Origin: Amoeboradix gromovi X-113
Taxonomy: Eukaryota; Fungi; Sanchytriomycota
Length of the DNA: 5,747 bases
Direction: 5' to 3'
Assembly (NCBI GenBank): GCA_018985225.1
Contig: JADGIF010000631.1
Location: 1 to 5,747 of the forward strand
Numbering within the stretch: the stretch's first letter is position 1; each line of letters begins with the position of its first letter. Positions 1 through 5,747 of the stretch are shown piece after piece. A program made the translations under genes and the position numbers. The notes below the pieces were generated by a model. That model saw nothing but the letters and a program-made list of their open reading frames with translations. It was not told the DNA's origin and did no database searches.

Positions 1-79
1 GGGTTGCGGGATGAGTAAAAATGCTGTAAATCAATTTTCATATTCTCCTTAATGTTATCACTTAAATTCTACATACAGA

Positions 80-790
80 GGACTTTCAGAAGACAATCAG
101 GGTTCACTGTTTTGGCAAGACCCAAACGTTGTTAAGTCATACTTCTGTTTAGTAGCCAAAGTAACAGCATCCAAAGTATGCGGATTGATGGAACCAGGAC
201 ACTATTGTTTGTAACGTATATGGAAAGTCATTTCGAAATATGATCTGGTTATCAAGAGTGTTTTGATACATTGGATGGAGTGTTTAGAAAAGTTATGTCC
301 ACATTATGACTGCTGATTTGCCACAGATCCAGAATACACGCAGAGAATGTACGGATTCTTGTCACTCCGTTATAGCTGCTGTTGACTCTACCATTAGATT
401 AAGGCGGATTGGATAGTGATATAAGTTTCATGTATGACTTCAAGTACAGTTGGCGTGAAAGTGAAAAAGACAAAAAATAAACAGCTCTCAGTATCATAGG
501 ACTTCTTTTTATTGGTACTGGTATTTTGTCACCATTCAATACTTTGCAGATCTACGACTTGGAGCAATTTTTCGCATCAGAATATGCGAAATGAAAAGAA
601 CTCAAAGTTCATTAGAGTTGCGACCATTCAAAAACAATATGATGTGTCCAACACTTGTACTAGCTGCAATCGTTATGAGAGGATTCAATCGTTGCGTCAA
701 TTGTCAGCAATGCGGTCACCAAGACCATAGAGATATCAATCCAGGTGCTTCAAAACAATGTAGGCAAGAACATGCTCAAATGGTATCTCC
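80..790 (+). pseudogene. Decayed Fanzor (TnpB/IS607-derived, Fanzor2-like) nuclease gene, copy X; 5' part probably extends beyond the window
   Basis: Motifs occur in the expected order across shifting frames. KSYFCLVAKVTASKVCG (frame 2, to ~183) is followed by IDGTRTLLFVTYMESHFEI*SG (frame 1, from 184), resembling RuvC-I 'GIDPGxRT..T.Y...EIG.G'. Then come IQNTRRECTDSCH, DWIVI*, VFCHHSILCR and VSNTCTSC (644-667). CQQCGHQDHRDIN (702-740) gives the Zn ribbon and RuvC-III xRD, and GKNML follows (763-777). Multiple stops and frameshifts. ORFs 512..730 and 591..809 are pieces of this. Confidence 0.78.
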
Positions 791-798
791 CCAAGTTG

Positions 799-869
799 TC
801 TACACTTGAGAAGTGTGGGGGTTGGAAATCTTCACATTTAACGTAGGCGCACCTAGTGCATGTTGAATG
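799..869 (+). ncRNA. Candidate omegaRNA scaffold remnant of Fanzor copy X
   Basis: Lies directly 3' of RuvC-III. Hairpin TCTACACTT-gag-AAGTGTGGG (799-819). Second hairpin CATTTAACGT(835-844)/ATGTTGAATG(860-869) is 10 bp with 2 G-U pairs, capped by GCAC-cta-GTGC. The position matches where TnpB/Fanzor omegaRNAs lie. Confidence 0.5.
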
Positions 870-1392
870 GTAAATGCTTAATTACACTCAATCATTGTCT
901 TCTCTCTCTTTAGTGCATAGTTTCATCTTTTGATCATGTCTGAATGTAAAAGACAGTATTACGTATCCCATGTTGATTCCTCTCGATTTTACAAGTTTTG
1001 AAGCATTCGAAAGGGATGAAAAGAACCTGTGTTGAGATTTGATGCAGTAAGAAAACTCTTTTAAGAAGAAATATATTCGTGTTGTAATTAATGAAATCAC
1101 GAAAAATGATTTATTCATTTGAATCAAAAATGGTAGCAAACCTAAAGTTAATTGTTCCGCTCAGTATTACGACATTCTAGAAGCACCTCAAACTAAACAT
1201 GACTGTTTTGCCTTGATAGATAACAGTTAATTATGATTAGTTTGTTTTCTAAGACACAGCGTGGAAGCAAACGCAATTCAATACAACTCACATTGTATCA
1301 ACTATCGTAGATGATATCAAGCTCATGATAAAACCACCAAGGCTCATGCGCTATTATAATAAATAACTGCTCAGTAAATGATATAAACAATA

Positions 1393-1398
1393 TTTATT
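1393..1398 (-). promoter_or_regulatory. Putative polyadenylation signal AATAAA of SEC24
   Basis: AATAAA on the minus strand a few nt after the spliced stop codon TAG (1404-1406). Weak evidence because the context is AT-rich. Confidence 0.4.
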
Positions 1399-1403
1399 AT
1401 ATT

Positions 1404-3867
1404 CTACTTTAACTTGTCTATCAAGTATCTTTCCATCATCGTATACGACCATGTCTCACATCTAAATTAATTTAAATTACTTTTGTTCACTTTTACTAGT
1501 ACTTGGCGGTGATTTGTCATCTACAAATGTCCATAAACATTCTTGTCTTATATAGGGATCACCAGTTTCCTTTACTAGTTTTAGTACTGGCACAATCATA
1601 AGCAGGTCTATGTAATATTCGTACAACATTCGCAAAAGTCTGTTCAATCCATTGTCCATGACACTATCTAGCTGTATCTCTCCGCTCTCTAACTCTTCAT
1701 ACGGTTTCACCATCAGCATACCATTGTAATCTCTGCTCATCCATAAGTACCACCCTAACGGTGATAAAATCAAGAACAAACCATCATGTGTCAAATATTG
1801 TGTACTGGGACCTAGACAGTACTGAAACATATCATTTATTGTTGCTATATTTATTATGTTCTCTACGTTTACTACAATAGGTCTGCACATCATTTTAACA
1901 CCTTCTAATGTCATGTAATTTAATGACTCCCTAATGGGTATAATTGCCATTTGCCTCAATATTGGTGTCTTTATAAGCCCTAATCCCAACGCCATCAGAT
2001 CTCTTGGCATATTCACTCTATTGTTTTGGCACAATTGCATGATATCACCTATTTTATTCAGTATAGCTTCTTGTGCCTCTATTCCTCGCTCTATGGCCAT
2101 TCTGCCCATCCACATTAGCAATATATTGCTATTCATATTTGTTAATGCATCTTTTATACTTGTGTTTGGGACACAGCAAGTTAAAACCCTTATCCTTCTG
2201 TCTCCTTGATCACTTGTATGCAGTAATGCACATTGGAATACTGCATTGCCTACAACAGGCTCTTCTATTGTATACTCTATCAAGTATGTATTTTGTGGAT
2301 GTATATTAGCTATGGCTAGTAAATCGCTACTCCTAGTAAAGAATTGCCCATAATACTGTACAGCTCTTAATCCATTACTAGCACGTATCCTTAGCACACT
2401 CTCTAGTCCTATTCTGTTACTCCAGTATGCTGTGTAATGCATCAGTTGACTGCTAACAGTAATCGGTTGATATTTGTAAATGTTACCACCAGTGTATTTG
2501 CTGCAGTAGTACAACTCATTATTGTCATTATGGTACGAGTCTATACCTATATGGCTCCTACTTGCCTCTAAAGCTATTTGCTTAGGGTTTTTTATTGTAG
2601 CCTTTGATTTAATGATTGCTAAGATTGTACCGCCAAGAGGTTTTAAAACACAGGACATAAATGAGAGGAGAGGTGTCAAGTTACGGATGCTAGAGCTATT
2701 TGAAGTATTCATAACACTGTTACTAGCCGCAGAAGGCATACTTTCATAGGCCTCACAGAATTCTGTTAGTAGAGCGGCCATATGATCTGTTGTTTCATCA
2801 TTGTACAGCTTCATCAGCAACTCATCGCGAGGCAAAATTAGATCGTTCTCAATGTCATTGTATATATGCAGACCATTCTCGGTGATCAAAACGATATCCT
2901 GGCATAAATAAATAAATCCCAACAAACAACGGTACTGAGAATGTGGAATTTTATTTAAAAGAGGAATCATAGCACGAATATATTGCAAGTCATCAGTAAT
3001 AACATAATAACACGTTGACATGGGAGGACGTATCATGTACTCTTGGGGAGCATAGTATTCCACGGAATTGGAAGACATAATTGGATTTAAAAGGTTAGGA
3101 TCATTAGACTCCAAATTATTAAATAGTTGACAGGTGTTACATTGCCATTTGTTAATTTTAATAGTGCAGTAGCAATTAAGGTAAGTCCTGCAGCGGCGGC
3201 AACGAATAATGGCATACGAAGAAGTAAATTGTTTATTCAAAGGTTGCACATGTAGGATTAATGGAATATCAGAAGATATACTGGATGATAGTTGGATGTC
3301 ATTGGAAACGATAGCGGGTGATGGAATAGAAGGACTGATTGGTTGGTTCAATTGCTTTAAAGGTGGATTACTAAAAGAAGGCGGAGGAGGACCAGGATTT
3401 TGAAAGTTCAACAACGGTGGTGGACGGCTGGCTTTGAAAGAAGGATTGCTATTTTGAGGTGAATCGTTTGTCCTAGCGGCATAATTGAACTGAGGAGGAG
3501 CATTAACTGGCGGCTGCTGTTCATTGAATTGCGGAGTGGCGATGTTTGATGGACTCGGCTGGTTAAATGAAGGAGGATTGACCAAACCTCTTTGTTGATT
3601 AAACGAGGGACGATTCATATTTGGAGAGAATGGTCGATTCTGATTTTGTAAATGGGGCCGCTGATTATTATTCTGCATTGGCCGATTTTGAACTGGTCTA
3701 TTAAACAAAGGACGAGAATTTTGAAATTTAGGAGGATTTTGCGGATCCTGCCTTGATTGCATATTGTTTGATTGCATATTATTTTGAAATTGGTTGTTGT
3801 TCGGATTAGGACTAGGCTGTTGGGATGGTCTATTCGGTCTTTGATTATAAATTGGTTGCGGAATCAT
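1404..3867 (-). CDS. SEC24: COPII coat subunit Sec24; join(complement(1481..3867),complement(1404..1461)), ~814 aa
   Basis: P/Q/N-rich disordered N-terminus. Zn finger IIRCRRCRTYLN...KWQCNTC. SVEYYAPQEYMIRPP. Beta-sandwich IGLESVLRIRASNGL...YGQFFTRSSDLL...FQCALLHTSDQGDRRIRVLT. Helical and gelsolin-like regions. Splicing adds CETWSYTMMERYLIDKLK*, matching the Sec24 terminal 'SY..F/Y L' helix. Confidence 0.95.
1462..1480 (-). other. 19-nt spliceosomal intron GTAATTTAAATTAATTTAG
   Basis: GTAA donor and TAG acceptor; contains the TAA that ends the ORF-track ORF. Its removal gives AA|A (Lys) and restores an 18-aa Sec24-like C-terminus ending in TAG, followed by AATAAA. Confidence 0.8.
3753..3782. 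repeat. 15-nt-period tandem duplication encoding NNMQS x2 in the Sec24 N-terminus
   Basis: TTGATTGCATATT at 3753-3765 and 3768-3780. Confidence 0.8.
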
Positions 3868-4332
3868 CGGGAAAATAAATTGTTTTAGAAATTTGATTGA
3901 TTTGAAAATTAAAAATGCAAACCATTACTACAAGAATATTTGACAGATTTAAGTTTAAACATTGTTGCAGTATTTGGGTAACTCATAATGCATGATTTTA
4001 CAGTTTGAGGCTACGCCTGGAAATGAGCTTAACGAAGAAATGGTCACCCACCGTAAGAATTGAAGTCTAATTAAAGCGGATTAGAAAAGAAAAGAAACAT
4101 TGAGCTATGGTGTGTCCAAAATCCTTAAAAGGTACCTAAAGCAATATTGTATAAATCGTAATAAGACCATCAAACTATGAGTAAATTACTGCAAATACCT
4201 GAAATACAACGAAAATGGTCACTTAAATTAATGAATAATTCTAGGCTTGTCATGAGCAATAATGGCAAACAAAACGGTTCTGAACTAGCAAGCAATTCTA
4301 ACTTCCACGTTTTACATGTACACTTTGCATCC

Positions 4333-4779
4333 GGGACACCAAATATAATAACTAGACCAAGTCGTTTTCAAAGTAGGTGCTCCATAAGGAGGAAATGCTA
4401 TTATTAATAAGAGTCATTCTTCTTTCAAACCAATTTTCTTTCATTCATGTCATTCCTATCTTTAAAATATAACAAGATGACCCATCTCTTTCAAATATAT
4501 AAGGCCTTTGAGTGTCTAAGAAAAAGGTGCATTATCTACTACTTCACCACTATTATCTTCCATTTTCTTTTTCTTCTTACCACCTTTTGTATAACTTATT
4601 TTTTGTTTTCTCTTCTTGTTAGTCATTGTTTCCAAGATTTTGATGGATGAAAAGCTTTTTTACTAAAATAATTTACTTGAACTAATCAGATTAATTTAAT
4701 TTACTATCAGTTACACACGCTTGATATAATGATTCAAACTATTTTTGAAAGTAAGTCTAGTTTTTATATTTGGTGTCCC
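4333..4779. mobile_element. 447-bp segment bounded by 25-bp inverted repeats (MITE or DNA-transposon remnant)
   Basis: 4333-4357 GGGACACCAAATATAATAACTAGAC matches the reverse complement of 4755-4779 (GGGACACCAAATATAAAAACTAGAC) at 24/25. No clear target-site duplication. A diverged third copy lies at 4868-4892. Confidence 0.6.
4380..4626 (-). pseudogene. Broken ORF: Lys-rich NLS-like N-terminus plus GIY-YIG (T5orf172/MUG113-like) motif
   Basis: ATG at 4626 gives MTNKKRKQKISYTKGGKKKKKMEDNSGEVVDNAPFS*TLKGLIY. After a frameshift at ~4493 it reads ERDGSSCYILKIGMT*MKENWFERRMTLINNSI, fitting the 'G.IY...KIG.T....R...L' pattern. Confidence 0.45.
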
Positions 4780-4994
4780 ATTTGTTGTAACTTATTTCTG
4801 AACATTTAGCGAAAACAGAGGAACTGGCAGCAAAATGCTGTCACCTAAAGCATATTTATAAAAACATGGGACATATATCTAATAACTTGATCTTTTTTCA
4901 CATATTTTTAGAAATTTCTGGTTTTTGCTCTCTGACAAAAAATAACTTATCCAATTCCGGGTGATAGCCTTCTGACTAGTCATATTAAATTGGC

Positions 4995-5110
4995 TTTCTT
5001 GTTAAAACACTTAATTTTCTAAAAAGTCAAGAATTCTGCAAAGAAACAAACAATTTCGATCGATCCATTACAGTGGTACCCAAGCTTCCACTACTTGAGG
5101 CTGCATTAAA
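4995..5110 (-). ncRNA. Degraded omegaRNA scaffold of Fanzor copy A (paralog of the 5437-5590 RNA)
   Basis: Colinear with B's 3' region. Stems GTAGTGG/CCACTGT (5070-5094) and CTTGA-c-TTTT/AAAA-TTAAG (5010-5031) keep their pairing through compensatory changes. Similarity to B is lost after ~4995. Confidence 0.65.
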
Positions 5111-5428
5111 TAAGGATGCATAAAAATGTATATTCCTTGCTGCTATGTGCTCGCGATCGACTTTCTAATTACTGTTTGTGCAAGTGCATGTCTCCAAATT
5201 GGTTTTCTTTAGATTACCACATATTGCACGAGTACTTCTTGGAGTATTCATTTGCTCAGCTACTATAAGCGATTTCTACAGATTAACATGTTTTGGGTGA
5301 TTAAATTTGGAGCAATTCGCGATAACTGAAAGGAGGGAATACCGAGCTTTTGTGTCGTAAGAAAAGTCAAAAAAGGTAGCAGCTTGCGGTGGTAAAGCTT
5401 ATCTAGTCACCAAAAGTTGTATATCTTA
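5110..5428 (-). pseudogene. Decayed Fanzor copy A, C-terminal half (Fanzor2-like)
   Basis: Across frames: KIYN / LVT / QAATF..SYDT / IPSFQLSRIAPNL (from 5340) / RNRL / VAEQMNTPRSTRAICGNLKKTNLETCTCTNSN*KVDREHIAARNIHF. 5178-5229 matches B 5664-5715 at 42/52 nt, with six synonymous third-position changes in the minus frame. Two Zn Cys are lost, RuvC-III D is changed to E, there is a stop at 5165-5167, and the RuvC-II E segment is missing. Confidence 0.85.
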
Positions 5429-5746
5429 TTATAATTGAAATCCGCACTGAATCTGTAAGACAGCGATTCCATACTCCTCGTTAAAAGTCCCGATTTCCGA
5501 GAAAATCGAGAATTTCCACAGAGAAACTAGCAATGCTAGATCTCCGTTACAGTGATTGCTCACGCTTTCACTACCCTGAGGCGGGATTGAATAAGGATGC
5601 ATATACTTGATGTACATGTTACCTGCCGCCATATGGTCTCTATCTATCTTCAAATGACAATTGGTACAGGTGCAAGTTTCTAAGTTGGTTTTCTTTAGAG
5701 TACCACACCTTGTACATGTCTGACTAGTAAATGATTCAATACATTC
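5429..5746 (-). CDS. Fanzor (eukaryotic TnpB-family RNA-guided endonuclease) copy B, C-terminal part; 5'-truncated by the window edge
   Basis: Open frame from 5746: ECIESFTSQTCTRCGTLKKTNLETCTCTNCHLKIDRDHMAAGNMYIKYMHPYS...GFQL*. The Fanzor-type Glu just before the Zn ribbon (5735-5737), CxxC...CxxC and the RuvC-III Asp (5636-5638) are intact. The ORF-track 5429..5653 call is the tail of this frame. Confidence 0.88.
   Translation of the reverse strand, partial: ECIESFTSQTCTRCGTLKKTNLETCTCTNCHLKIDRDHMAAGNMYIKYMHPYSIPPQGSESVSNHCNGDLALLVSLWKFSIFSEIGTFNEEYGIAVLQIQCGFQL
5437..5590 (-). ncRNA. Candidate omegaRNA scaffold of Fanzor copy B
   Basis: Consecutive minus-strand stems: GTAGTGA..GC-GTGA-GC..TCACTGT (5549-5574, GNRA loop); ACGGAGA-t-CTAGC-att-GCTAG-tt-TCTCTGT (5518-5547); TCTCGATTTT-ctcg-GAAATCGGGA (5488-5511); ACTTTT-aacg-AGGAGT; GGAATC...GATTTC (5437-5470). 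Many G-U pairs, and covariation with copy A. Confidence 0.75.
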
Positions 5747-5747
5747 G

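Noticed and set aside
888-1380. ORF 888..1139 (-) and a protein-like plus frame ~937-1360
   Set aside because: No recognisable motif, and the plus frame has several stops, about what AT-rich noncoding DNA gives. An unrecognised pseudogene cannot be excluded.
1450-1480. Alternative genetic code (TAA/TAG = Gln) explaining the SEC24 end
   Set aside because: There is no in-frame TAA/TAG in 796 Gln-rich codons. Readthrough hits TGA within 7 codons without the SY motif, and the 19-nt intron explains the end better.
1934-3403. Plus-strand ORFs 1934..2209, 2073..2309, 2522..2749, 3209..3403
   Set aside because: Antisense shadows inside SEC24 with no recognisable motifs.
4400-4515. Reading TLKGLIY...WFERR as a Fanzor N-terminal HTH
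   Set aside because: The KIGMT motif and its spacing fit GIY-YIG/T5orf172 better, and no further Fanzor motifs follow.
4177-4650. Plus ORFs 4177..4407 and 4447..4650
   Set aside because: No motifs. The second is the antisense of the purine-rich Lys-coding minus frame, and the first crosses the inverted-repeat boundary.
4971-4980. TCTGACTAGT identical to 5719-5728 (TSQ codons of B), suggesting a fourth Fanzor fragment
   Set aside because: Only 10 nt, with no following Cys motifs; likely chance.
5178-5255. Plus-strand HDV-like ribozyme or structured RNA in the 52-nt repeat (GTGCAA...TTGCAC vs GTACAG...TTGTAC)
   Set aside because: It lacks the HDV catalytic joining strand. The substitutions are mostly synonymous third positions of the minus-strand Fanzor Zn-ribbon frame, which explains the repeat.
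4333-5715. CRISPR array
   Set aside because: The repeats are few, inverted or about 480 bp apart, with no regular repeat-spacer periodicity, and the context is eukaryotic.

Overview
AT-rich eukaryotic, probably fungal or fungus-related, genomic DNA. The only intact host gene is a compact minus-strand SEC24 (COPII coat). Its missing C-terminal exon is recovered by splicing out a 19-nt GT-AG intron (1462-1480), giving about 814 aa. Both flanks contain TnpB-family eukaryotic RNA-guided nuclease (Fanzor, Fanzor2-like) elements that the ORF track does not reveal. (X) A heavily decayed plus-strand copy at about 80-790 is followed by GU-containing hairpins (candidate omegaRNA, about 799-869). (B) The open C-terminus of a minus-strand copy enters from the right edge with ESFTSQTCTRCG...CTNC...DRDHMAAGNM, and its ORF overlaps a structured candidate omegaRNA (about 5437-5590). 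(A) A decayed paralog of B lies directly downstream of it (about 5428-5110) with a homologous, co-varying omegaRNA remnant (about 4995-5110). B ends where A's coding sequence begins, so B's predicted guide is itself Fanzor sequence. Between SEC24 and A is a segment bounded by 25-bp inverted repeats (4333-4779) carrying a broken NLS plus GIY-YIG/T5orf172-like reading frame. All family assignments come from manual motif recognition; no searches were run.
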